Assembly: GCF_039654945.1 (NCBI RefSeq)
Contig: NW_027361964.1
Coordinates: 2,294,001-2,358,000, forward strand
Direction of reading: 5' to 3'
DNA length: 64,000 nucleotides
DNA from: Dendrobates tinctorius
Lineage: Eukaryota
Part shown: piece by piece, positions 36,590 to 48,526 of the stretch
Position numbering within the stretch: the stretch's first letter is position 1
Layout of the letters: every line of letters begins with the position of its first letter
Notes under the pieces: generated by a model
Told to the model about the DNA's origin: nothing
What the model saw: only the letters and a program-made list of their open reading frames with translations
Databases searched by the model: none
Position numbers and translations under genes: made by a program

Positions 36590-37625
36590 GGGTCAACAGG
36601 GGCACATTCCTCTCCAGCGTAAACCTCTAACACCAAAGCAACAAATTTAGACTCATCCAAACAAAACTTGGCTGTGTAGCTCCAGGAATCAGCTCGTTAC
36701 TTGGCCCAATAAATAAAAGTGTGTCCACTATCCAGATGGGTAACTTCTTTGAACATAAACATGAAAAAGGTAAAAATTAACCTCCCATTAATCTTAAACC
36801 TACTAGAGTCCCATTGGCCAACTTCGTTGATCAAATCCTCACTCAATGCCATCTGTGGAGCTTCTGGAGCTGCTCCCATCCACATTGAATGTCAACTTCA
36901 ATTTATCCAAACACAGTGAAATAAGAATTTCCTTAAATTGCTACAAACCTGAAATGTAGTAAAAAAGATCGTGTGGGATCAACAAGACATCGTTAAGCTT
37001 AGATCTGACCAAAAAACACAATCTCATTAATAAACTCAGTAATCCTCAACCAAGATCCTCTACCAAATCGATCTGATTTGGATTTTCTAATTAACGCTGA
37101 GATACGATCCTGAAACAGGCGATAATCATCCACCAGGGGACCTGAAGAGGATGTTTTATTCCTAGTCACTAATTCACCAATTCTGAGGGCAACAATAAAT
37201 TAAAGTGAAAAGGCATAAAAGAAGAAAGGCAAAAACCAGACAAGACGGTCCATAACTTACCCAATATATTCCGTGATGGCTCCACAGCCATCCACACTAA
37301 AACACGTCCTACATCGTTTAAAAAGTCTTAGAGGTCTTAGAAAAGTCAAGAAATATCCTGTAAACCATTTAACCTGAGAAAAAAACATATAATTGGAAAA
37401 AGTTTTGAAATTGTAGAAGCAGAAAGATTATTCTGTAATATCATGCTGACGTAAGAAAGAGTCACACCCAACTCAGACGGCAAGTGGTCAGCGTCCATAC
37501 TACTGTAATACATTAACCAACTTCTCCATGCAACTAAACATTCCGTAGAGACAATGAATCTGGTCCAGGCGTACAATCTCATGTATCGGGACGCACAGTC
37601 GCACATAAGATGGTTAGCGCTGACA
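36590..37625 (-). mobile_element. Ngaro-like (DIRS order) fragment: tyrosine recombinase followed by the start of an SGNH-hydrolase-like ORF, degenerate
   Basis: Minus-strand remnants ALRIGELV, IRKSKSDRFGRG and MGAAPEA...VGQWDSSRFK (recombinase boxes), then GHTFIYWA. Confidence 0.7.
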
Positions 37626-38204
37626 ATGCTATAATCAGCATCACTATTCCAGTCATCTACATACTGGGGAAGACTTTGAACAATCTGCGTGAGGAGGTGC
37701 TGGCCCCAGACCAGGGCCAGACTGGGACTAAAATTCAGCCCTGGAATTTGAAGTTACACAGGCCCACTAGTCACATGGTGACTATATAATATCTTTGTAC
37801 ACTTGTAGGTTACAAGAAGTGAGAGGAGATTAACACGACTATATAACATGTAGTCAGAGCTGTGCCCAGTATTTCAGCTCAGTCCTATTTATTGCTTTTA
37901 GTTGCAGTACTCCTCCCAAAGCTCTGTCCCCTTTTGTACGCACGGTGACAGAATTCCTGGCAGAACTGCTATCCATTGGGCAACCAGACCCCCTGGTCAC
38001 AGCCGCCCCTATCATACCTCCCAACTTTTGAAGAAGGGAAAGAGGGAGAAAGACAGCAAATTTTAGGCCACGCCCCAGCCACATCCATTTCGCAACTAGT
38101 CACACCCATGTCCACGCCCAACTGCACCCATTTAGCACTGCTGATCACACTGACTGGTACTGAGGGCACAGTGGCTGGCATTATGGGCACACTGACTGGC
38201 ACTA

Positions 38205-38535
38205 AGGAAGAGAGAATACAGAGAGAGAGAGAAAAAAGAAAACGGAGAGAGAGAGAGAAAGAAAGAACAGAGAGAGAAGAAAGAACAGTGAGAGAAAGAA
38301 AGAGGGGAAAGAAAGAACAGAGAGAGACAGAGAAAGAACAGAGAGAGAAAGAAGTAAAGAAAAGAAAGAATAAAGAGAAAGAAAGAGGGAAAAGAAAGAG
38401 AAAGAAAGAGGGGAAAGAAAGAACAGAGACAGAGAAAGAAAGATTAGAGAGAGAAAGAAAATGAGGGAAAGACAGAACAGAGAATGAGAAAGAAACAGAG
38501 CGAAAGAAAGAACAGAGAGAAAGAAATAAATAAAG
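38205..38535. repeat. (GA)/(GAAA)-rich microsatellite-like tract
   Basis: Direct sequence composition. Confidence 0.9.
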
Positions 38536-38854
38536 ATTCTATAAAGATACTATAGCAGCCCGGCTCCCATTGTAATGCCCACCTGAGCCTCTCGGTGCAG
38601 GACATATCATGATCCGCTCACATGGCCGGCATCCCCGATTCCAAGGCGATCCTGCTGTCTGCGCTGTCGGAGGAGGACACGGTGATGGAACTGAAGCATT
38701 CCTAGTTCCGTCACAATCTCCTCATAAATTACCTCATTTCCGGTCAGCTTCCAGCACATCACTTCCGGTGGAACGTCATGTGTGTGTTTTAAAATGCTCC
38801 TCGGGGCTCCGCCGTGTACTCCTGTGTCCGTGGGAAAAGCCCGCTTTGTATGCT

Positions 38855-41800
38855 TTGTACACACTTGGCTCCGCTCCGTACATCCCGTACACATATGGCT
38901 CCACTCCGTACACACACGGCTCCGCTCCGTATACCCCATACACGCGCAGCTCCGCTCAGTACACCAAATACACACACGGCTCCGGTCCGTACACTTCGTA
39001 CACGCGCGGCTCCTCTCCGTACAAGCGCGGCTCCGATCCATACACCTCATACACGCACGGCTCCTCTACATACACCACATACACGCACAGCTCCACTCCG
39101 TACACCTCATACACGCACGGCTCCTCTCCATACACCTCGTACACGCGGCTCCGTTCTGTACACCTCGTACACACACGGCTCCTCTCCGTACACCTCGTAC
39201 ACACGCGGCTCCTCTCCGTACACCTCGTACACACACGGCTCCTCTCCGTACACCTCGTACACGCGGCTCTGTTCTGTACACCTTGTACACACACGGCTCC
39301 TCTCCATACACCTCGTACACACGCGGCTCCACTCCGTACACCTCGTACACGCGGCTCTGTTCTGTACACCTCGTACACACACGGCTCCTCTCTGTACACC
39401 TGGCTCCGTTCTGTACACCTCGTACACACACGGCTCCTCTCCGTACACTTCGTACACACACGGCTCCTCTCCGTACACCTCGTACACGCGGCTCAGTTCT
39501 GTACACCTCGTACACACACGGCTCCTCTCCGTACACTTCGTACACACACGGCTCCTCTCCGTACACCTCGTACACGCGGCTCTGTTCTGTACACCTCGTA
39601 CACACACGGCTCCTCTCCGTACACCTCGTACACGCGGCTCCGTTCTGTACACCTCGTACACACACGGCTCCTCTCCATACACCTCGTACACACGCGGCTC
39701 CTCTCCATACACCTCGTACACGCGGCTCTGTTCTGTACACCTCGTACACACGCGGCTCCTCTCCGTACACCTCGTACACGCGGCTCTGTTCTGTACACCT
39801 CGTACACACACGGCTCCTCTCCGTACACCTCGTACACACACGGCTCCTCTCCGTACACCTCGTACACACACGTCTCCTCTCCGTACACCTCGTACACGCA
39901 GCTCCGTTCTGTACACCTCATACACACACGGCTCCTCTCCGCACACCTTGTACACGCGCGGCTCCTCTCCATACACCTCGTACACGCGGCTCCGTTCTGT
40001 ACATCTCATACACACACGGCTCCTCTCCGTACACATCCAGCTCTGCTCCGTACACACGCGGCTCCTCTCTGTACATCCCGTACACACGCGGCTCCGCTCT
40101 GTACACACACGGCTCCTCTCCGTACACCTCGTACACGCGCAGCTCCTCTCCGTACACACGGCTCCGTTCCGTACACCTCGTACACATCCAGCTCCGCTCC
40201 TTACACCTCGTACACACGTGGCTCCTCTCCGTACACCTCGTACACGCGCGGCTCCTCTCCGTACACCTCGTACACACGGCTCCGTTCCTTACACCTCGTA
40301 CACATCCCGCTCCGTACACCTCGAACACACACGGCTCCGCTCCGTACACACACGGCTCCGTCCTGTACACCTCGTACACACACGGCTCCTCTCCGTACAC
40401 CTTGTACACACGCGGCTCCTCTCCGTACACCTCGTACACACACGGTTCCGCTCCGTACACCTCGTACACACGCGGCTCTGTTCTGTACACCTCGTACACA
40501 CACGGCTCCTCTTCGTACACCTCATACACACACAGCTCCGCTCCGTACACCTCGTACATACACGGCTCCTCTCTGTACACCTCATACACATCCAGCTCCG
40601 CTCCGTACACCTCGCACACACGTGGCTCCACTCCGTACACCTCATACACACGGCTCCGCTCCGTACACCTCGTACACATGCGGCTCCGCTCCATATAACT
40701 CGTACACACGCGGCTCCTCTCCGTACACCTCGTACACACACACGACTCCTCTCTGTACACCTCATACACATCCAGCTGCGCTCCATACACCTCGTACACG
40801 CGGCTCCGCTCTGTAACCTTATACACATGGCTCCGCTCCGTACACCTCGTACACACACGGCTCCGCTCCGTACACCTCGTACACACACGGCTCCGTTCCG
40901 TACACCTCGTACACACGCGGCTCCGTTCCCTACACCTCGCACACACGCGGCTCCGCTCCGTACACCTCGCACACACGCGGCTCCGCTCCGTACACCTCGT
41001 ACACACGCGGCTCCGCTCCGTACACCTCGTACACACGCGGCTCCGCTCCGTACACCTCGTACACACGCGGCTCCGCTCCGTACACCTCGTACACACGCGG
41101 CTCCGCTCCGTAACCTTATACACATGGCTCCGCTCCGTACACCTCGTACACACACGGCTCCGCTCCGTACACCTCGTACACACACGGCTCCGTTCCGTAC
41201 ACCTCGTACACACACGGCTCCGTTTCGTACACCTCGCACACACACGGCTCCGCTCCGTACACCTCGTACACACGCGGCTCCGCTCCGTACACCTCGTACA
41301 CACGCGGCTCCGCTCCGTACACCTCGTACACACGCGGCTCCGCTCCGTACACCTCGTACACACGCGGCTCCGCTCCGTACACCTCGTACACACACGGCTC
41401 CGCACACCTTGTACACACGCGGCTCCGCTCCGTACACCTCGTACACACACGGCTCCGTTTCGTACACCTCGCACACACACGGCTCCGCTCCGTACACCTC
41501 GTACATACACGGCTCCGCTCCGTACACCTCGTACACACAGGGCTCCTCTCCGTACGCCTCGTACACACACGGCTCCGCTCCGTACACCTCGTACACACGC
41601 GGCTCCGCTCCGTACACCTCGTACACACACGGCTCCGCACACCTTGTACACACGCGGCTCCGCTCCGTACACCTCGTACACACGCGGCTCCGCTCCGTAC
41701 ACCTCGTACACACGCGGCTCCGCTCCGTACACCTCGTACACACGCGGCTCCGCTCCGTAACCTTATACACATGGCTCCGCTCCGTACACCTTGTACACAC

Positions 41801-42240
41801 ACGGCTCCGCTCCGTACACCTCGTACACACACGGCTCCGTTCCGTACACCTCGTACACACACGGCTCCGTTTCGTACACCTCGCACACACGCGGCTCCGC
41901 TCCGTACACCTCGTACACACGCGGCTCCGCTCCGTACACCTCGTACACACGCGGCTCCGCTCCGTACACCTCGTACACACACACGGCTCCGCACACCTTG
42001 TACACACGCGGCACCTCTCCGTACACCTCGTACACACACGGCTCTTCTACGTACACCTCGTACACACGCGGCTCCGCTCCGTACACCTCGTACACACGCG
42101 GCTCCGCTCCGTACACCTTATACACACGGCTCCGCTCCGTACACACGCGGCTCCGCTCCATACACCTGATACACACGGCTCCGCTCCGTACACCTCGTAC
42201 ACACACGGCTCCGCTCCGCACACCTCGTACACACATAGCT
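38855..42240. repeat. CpG-rich 30-bp minisatellite (CTCCGCTCCGTACACCTCGTACACACGCGG)n with 28-bp and shorter variants, ~3.4 kb
   Basis: Direct periodicity; source of the 600-1100-aa repetitive ORFs. Confidence 0.97.
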
Positions 42241-42352
42241 CTGCTACATCCACCCTGTAAACCTCTCCTGACCCCACACATACTTACCTCATCCAGCACC
42301 ATGAAAACCAGCACAGCAGAGTCCGGCAGACACCAAGAGGCAGGGCTGTGCG

Positions 42353-42479
42353 CACAGGACCTGTGATGAGGTCGAGAAGGGGCGGAGTCAGGGCTCACAT
42401 GATCAGGGGTCTGGACAAAGGCTCCTGATCATGTGACCCCTGACTCCTCCCCTCCTGTGACCTCATCACAGGTCCTGTG
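42353..42479. repeat. Imperfect inverted repeat (~60-bp arms, ~6-nt loop)
   Basis: CACAGGACCTGTGATGAGGTC...TCACATGATCAGG / CCTGATCATGTGA...GACCTCATCACAGGTCCTGTG. Confidence 0.85.
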
Positions 42480-42599
42480 TACAGAGGAGAGAGCAGGCAA
42501 GCGACACTGTGAGTGGCTGGGGGGTCTCAAGCTAGGGCGAGGATGGGGTGCGTGGCTGTTTATCTCCCTGCAGTGCGTACAGAGGGCCGGTGGCAGGAA

Positions 42600-44363
42600 C
42601 AGCATATTGCCAATCTGGGCCTGCCCCAGACGAAGAGGTGGAAGCAGTGGAGGACGCGGAAGGGATAACAATATCTCATATTTCCGGACTGTCGTCGCAC
42701 AGGCAGGTGCCATGGGAGGGTGACTTAAAGCGATCGAGGGGGGCTCATGGTGCCAGACAAATTGTTTGTGAAGATGCAGGAACTGAGGAGGAACAAATGG
42801 AAGAGGACAAGGGGATGAGCGCGCAACAGTCATTAGATGAAAAGGATAATGATCCCTTCTCTGTTGTCCATGGTTAGCGGGAAGTGACAGAGGAAGCAGC
42901 CTTGAGTGTTACCGCGCCATCAACTCAGCATGGACTTGGACCCCATGGAAGGGCCTGACACACAAGCGCCTTCTTGCTGCAGCATCTTCAACACGATGCC
43001 TGTATTCTGAGAGTTAGAAATTGTGCTGACTACTGGATTGCCTCTCTGCTAGATCCACTGTACAAGAGTAAATTTAGCCAGATGCTTCCCCCTCTAGACA
43101 GGAATGCATTCATGAGGGAGTATCGAAACACGCTTGTAGACAATTTTAAGAATGATTTTCCCCAAGACATCCATGAGTCACACAGTGTGTATCACAGTTC
43201 TAGACATCCCATCCCGAGAACCTCAGGGTGTCATAAGCAATTTCTGTGAGTGGTTTCACACATCTTTAAGACCAGACTGTGCACCAGCAGAACAGAGTAC
43301 AAGTCTGGAGAGGTTGGTGAAGGAGTATCTGGAGCTCAATATCAATGCCAACGGGGGGGGGGTTTGGACCCTTTTGCATTTTGGTCTTTAAAAATGGAAG
43401 AGTTACCTGTGTGCACCTGTCATGACGTGGGTATTTTGTCATGCTCGGTAGCCAGCGTTGCCTCAGAACTTGTCTCCAGCGCTGCTGGTGGTGTCCTGAC
43501 GGATAAGCACATCCAGCTGTCCCCTGAAAGTGTAGACTGTCTGACTTTCATCAAAATGAACAAGTCATGGATCTCCAATGACATATGCACCCCAGTTGCA
43601 GATTGGACAGACTAAGCAATGGTGTTGTTTTTAGTGCCATGCATTGATCTTGCATTATTGCACCCTGTGCCATCTTTGTGGTGGCTTCTATGTCTGCTGT
43701 TGCTACTGCTGCTGATGTTTCAAACAATTTTTTGAAAAGTAGAGACTCCAAGTTGCGTCTCTACATCTGGTGGTTGCTTGTAGTAGAAGGTATGTCAGAG
43801 GCCTATTATACTGTTTCTACTCTGTGGAAATTGATGCCACTTAAGTGATGTGTGACAATTATTTTTTTAAATGTGGAGACCCCAAGTTGCATTTCCATCT
43901 GGTGGGTTGCCCTGTGTAAGTAGGGCTCTCAGACAGGCAGGCCTGCTGATGTTTGTGCCATATGAGTGTGACTGGAATAAAAAAAGGAATTTAGAGGTGT
44001 TGCATGAGATATGCGGTCTCCCAGCTTACACAGCTCCCTTAACCAAAAGTTCCTCACTGAAACTTCAATTCCAAGCTGTGAATGCTGCCTCAGACCCTGT
44101 CTCATACATGGTGCATGCCTGACTGTTGCTCCATTATAAAATTTCTACTGTGGGTCAATTGATGCCACTATTCATGGTGTCTGCCCCTAATTTGAGCTTT
44201 TTGGGCAGCTTTTTGCTCCCCTCCCCCAGAAAGTGTTGTCTATGCATTTGGTTTTGCCTCCCATTAAATTCAATGAGGCTCACATAAGTTCGACGAACTG
44301 TTCGGCAAACATCGGTCCATGTGCCGAACTGAACCAAACCTTGAAAGGGAGCTCATGAACACT
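42600..44363 (+). mobile_element. hAT transposon 3' part with a degenerate ZBED/Ac-like transposase C-terminus
   Basis: YWIASLLDPLYK; dimerisation-domain motif DPFAFW..K...ILSC..ASVASE..SAAGGVLTDK...LSPESVD.LTFIKMN.SWI; right boundary approximate. Confidence 0.75.
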
Positions 44364-45034
44364 GAGTCTCAGGTCACTGCTTCCTTCATGGCTTTTGCTG
44401 AGCCTTCCGCCTCTCCTCCATGAAGGCGGCCCAGTTAGTAGGGGATGACGGTCTCCTCCTCAGGGCTGATCAGGAAACTTTATTGGCTCGGGGTCCTCCT
44501 CCCCCATCATGACACTCGTACAGTCCACCTGAGTAGGGCCATAGCTGGTCACCCTGAATTTCTGGACCACCCACCTCGCTTTGGCCCTGCTGTCTTCCCC
44601 GGGTCCTGGCATGGTAGATCACAACTCCTCACCCTATGATTGTGAAAGGCTGGATGCCTGTGCCTCACAAGGAGATTTGGCTGTATCACAGCCCTTATGT
44701 GTGTGTTCATCTTCTTCCTCAGACTCCTCAGATCCTACCGGCGGCTGTTCAGGTGCCATCTATTCCTTGCGGGGTCCTCAGTGCCAGCAGGAACCCTTCC
44801 AGGGCCTCCCTAGCCCTCTGTTGGGCCTCTCTATTGGCACTCTGCTCAGAGACCCCCTGTCCCATTCCCATGTATCTTCCCATGTGTGGGGACACACCAC
44901 AGGCATGGAATACCAGCCCCGCTGACACTTGCACCTCACAAAGTACAGTATCTCACCGGAGTATAAGCTGTGAAGTCGTGAGGGCAGGTACCTTCACTTC
45001 ACCATATCGTGGCTCACGTACACCTCGTCCCCCA

Positions 45035-45480
45035 GGGCCAGTTTGCCATTATTAATGGAACAGTGAATTCTGAGTTTTATCAAAAATTTCTAAAGGAAAA
45101 TGTCAGGACGTTTGTAGATGAGCTAATTCTCAAGAGAACAAGGATCATAAAGCAAGACAGTGATTCAAAGCCAACAAGATGTTCTACAAAAGTTTGGGGG
45201 AATTTGGTGAAAGACCATGACCGGTCGCACAGAACCCAGACTCGAATCCCATCCTATAATGGAGACTATGAGCCCGGTCTCCCCCCAACATCAGAGTCTA
45301 ACTTCATAAATGATCTTCTGGATGAAGGAGCAAAAATTCCCACAGATGCCTTTAAAAGTCTTCTAGAAAATCAAGTAGAGTAGGAGCTGTTACATCTGTA
45401 GAGGGGCAACTCCATACTAATGTTTAAAGTTGTAGGATGAGAGGTCAGAAATGAGGTGTGAGAGGACACCTACTTTTATT
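45035..45480 (+). mobile_element. Old Tc1-family transposase 3' fragment
   Basis: IINGTVNSEFYQKFLKENVR..V.EL.LKR..I.KQD.D.K. Confidence 0.65.
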
Positions 45481-45839
45481 AATAGTGTTCCTTACCACTG
45501 TATGGAGGTAAAATATATAACCACTGAGTTGGGGATGATATGTAATTGGAGCGCCCCGCGGGCCTGGGGGTACTCGGTACCGGGCCCGTCGACTTCCATG
45601 GGGGACGGTGTCACGGCGGCGGCGACCCTGTCAGTGGCCCAGAGGCGTCCAGTAATAAAGTAGGGGAAAGTTGTGTGGTATTGATGTGGTAAAATTGAAA
45701 ATAAAGTTATTAGATGGTGAAATACGTGACGCCACCTGTGGTATTCTAGTCAGAGGTGACCAGCGCTGCGGTGTTGCTTCTCTGGGATGGATGTTGGGCG
45801 CAGCTATGATGTTGTAGTCCTCCACAGGTAGGGCTGTAG

Positions 45840-47076
45840 TGTAGGGTTCGAGCAGGCTCACAGGATGCAGTGACGAGACACGAGACTGAATGTGGGGTGA
45901 AATAAACTTTTATAAGTTTTAAAGCCGCAAGGGCTAAACTGCTTCAATCAGACAAAGGGGAAACACCTATTTGTCCTCGCAGGGACTCGTAAAACAACAT
46001 TAAAAACAAAAAGGGTCCTTATTTTCTCTATAATACACTTAGCCTTCCGGGCGTCGCTCGAGTTCACGACCACTCAGGGGTTGCAGATGTGGCTGCCTTG
46101 TAATCCACGACTTCCCGGAAGGACTTGTGCTTGTCCAGCCCCGAAGAGACCAGAACGATGGGGCGCAGCAGGCCCTGAAGAAACTGGACGGTGGGGCGCA
46201 ACGGGCCCTGTAGAAACCGGAACGATGGGGCACAACAGGCCCTGAAGAAACAGGAACGATGGGGCGCAACAGGCCCTGAAGAAACTGGACGGTGGGGCGC
46301 AACGGGCCCTGAAGAAATGGGGTCGGTGGGGCACAACGGGCCCTGAAGAAGCTGGCACGGTGGGGCACAACAGGCCCTGAAGAAATAGGAACGGTGGGGG
46401 CACAGCAGGCCCTGAAGAGACTGTTCGGGGGGTCAATCTCCCAGGCGTCCGTTTAGAGGCGCTCGTTCCCCAGCCAGGTCATGACGCAGTTTCAAAAACA
46501 TAAACGTTAACAAATTCTGCTCAGTGTCCCCTCAGTAACCGGGACGGGGCTCTGCGGCCGCCTATAGCGAGGTGACGTCCCCTGAGGTCGGTGATGACGG
46601 GGCCGCAGCTGTGGGAGAAGACAGGGGGGCAGTTTCCTGGCCACTGTACCGGATTGCTGTGTCGTCGCAGCGGTCGCCTGAGATCCCGGTCCTGTCACAC
46701 CACGGAGGGAATCAGCGGCCGTCACTTTATCTGAATGTTTGCGGGGGGAAACTCCCGGGGAGAGTCTCTTACGCGTCAACCTTCGGTCAGTCTCAAATTT
46801 TCCCTTTTCAGTCTCCTGCCTGTCTCTCTTTTCCACACCGTCAGTTGCCACAGTCCTCTCTCTGCCGCACGGCTCTCTCCTTCCTGTCAGGCTCTCCTTC
46901 AGCTGCCACCTTAGCGCGCCCCCTGCTCCTTTTACCCTCGCCCCGCCCCCTGTTGCCCTGACAACTTCAGTCGCATGTCTCCCTTTGTAATTCCCCTGAT
47001 GTGGTTTCTTCAATAACCCTGATGGCGGTCCCCCTGGTTCCAGCCCAATCACTATATAGGGGTCCTCCTCCCCACA
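45840..47076 (-). mobile_element. Solo LTR nested in the 3' LTR of the provirus; related to the 1394-2434 LTR; has an internal ~33-bp tandem repeat (46140-46420)
   Basis: TG...CA termini; 4-bp TSD GTAG; the empty site is visible in the partner LTR (GGGCTGTAGTCCCAG, ~54336); shares CTCGTCACTGCATCCTG with the first LTR. Confidence 0.9.
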
Positions 47077-47486
47077 GTAGTCCCAGAGCAAAGATGTTAA
47101 ATAGTCAAAATGGCTGTAAACGATGGGGTGCAGAGAAATGAGAGGAGGACACACAGAGAGGTGCAGTTTCTTTACCTTTTACTGGTAATAGGTTGCAGTC
47201 CGGAGCACCACATACAGGTGATGGGATGAGCCCGGCTCGCCTGGAGGCATTCAGGGGATCCACCTTGCCAGGTGGGGGTTTAGGTCCTTCCTTCTGCGCT
47301 TTGTGTGTGGGTCTCCGCTGTATATAACTATACTGTGACCCTCTATTCGTGATGGTTTCACTAACCTGTACGGCTGTCAGCGTGAGCCTATTCCACGGGT
47401 ACCGTTCTCTTCACCGTCGGCCCCGGGCTCCTTATCCGCTGAGGTGCCCTCAGGTGATTAATGTGCACAGGAATTTACAATCCTGT

Positions 47487-47550
47487 ATACCCCTCCTTAC
47501 ATGTAAAGCGCCATGGAATAAATGGCGCTATAACAATTAATAATAATAAT
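47487..47550 (+). mobile_element. L2 3'-tail micro-insertion in the 3' LTR
   Basis: TGTAAAGCGCCATGGAATAAATGGCGCTAT plus (TAA)n; absent at the matching position of the 5' LTR (~54745). Confidence 0.8.
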
Positions 47551-48526
47551 CCCCTGTACTTTCAGATTCGGCTATCAGGGTGTACAGCTCCTGTCAGCCT
47601 AGGACTCTGATGTCCCTTTTCTCTTTATTAGCGCTTCACTCAGGGGTCTGCTATATGCAGTATTTTAGCTTCCCTAGAGTCTCTCAGTCTCTGCTCTTGT
47701 CCTTTCCCTCTTCACAGATCAGCTGCCTGTCTTTATCTGACAGGATCTTCCAGAAAGACCTCTTTTCCTCACCTCATCACATTGTAACTGTCATTATCAT
47801 TTCTCCTCACAGCTCACAGCTGCTTTGTTTCCATGACAACTCCCTCAGCTGATTTCCAGCTGACTCACAAACTCCCTCTGCTGGCCAGAATTTATAAGGC
47901 ATCTCGCTTTTCTGACCTGCAGCAGGAAATTGTGATTAAATCTATGCTGTCTGGCATGGGGGTCCCTTTTCTGCCTCCAAGCATGACTTTACCCATTAGA
48001 GGGAGGTAATGTCACTGTGACAACTGGACTCTGGGGTGTCACATTCCCCCCCAGTTAAGTTCAGTACTTCTGGACTGAGGAAAATATAACAAGAATTGTT
48101 AATAACAACAATCAATGAAAATCTACAAAGTCTTAAAAATTGTAAAAATTATCAAAAACCAGACAAGAAAAAGAAAACAATAGCACAGTTACTGCAGCAA
48201 CCAGTCCTTAAGCTGCTATCCAGGAATTGTCTTTGTGCTTGTACCTGGAGTTTGGTTGGTGGGAACCGCCTTAACCCACTTTGTGTGTCATCCCTGGGCG
48301 TGGCTACAGGGCACTCTGTAGATGGGCCTGTTTTTCGGCCACGTCGGCGGCTTGTTTCCAAGGCCTTTTTGGAGTAATTATTTACAAATACAGTTCTGAC
48401 CACACATAGTCCTGTGGCCCAATTGTCCTTTAACTGGTTATTACAAATACTTAAAAAGGTTCTTACAGTAAGTCTCTGTAGGCTCTCATGCTTAACGGTT
48501 ACAACTATACATTTTTATTACTTTAT

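Noticed and set aside
38609-42398. Very long ORFs (up to 1148 aa) rich in His, Thr, Pro, Tyr and Arg on both strands
   Set aside because: The 30-bp unit has no stop codons in most frames. All frames are open and repetitive, with no domain, so these are satellite artefacts
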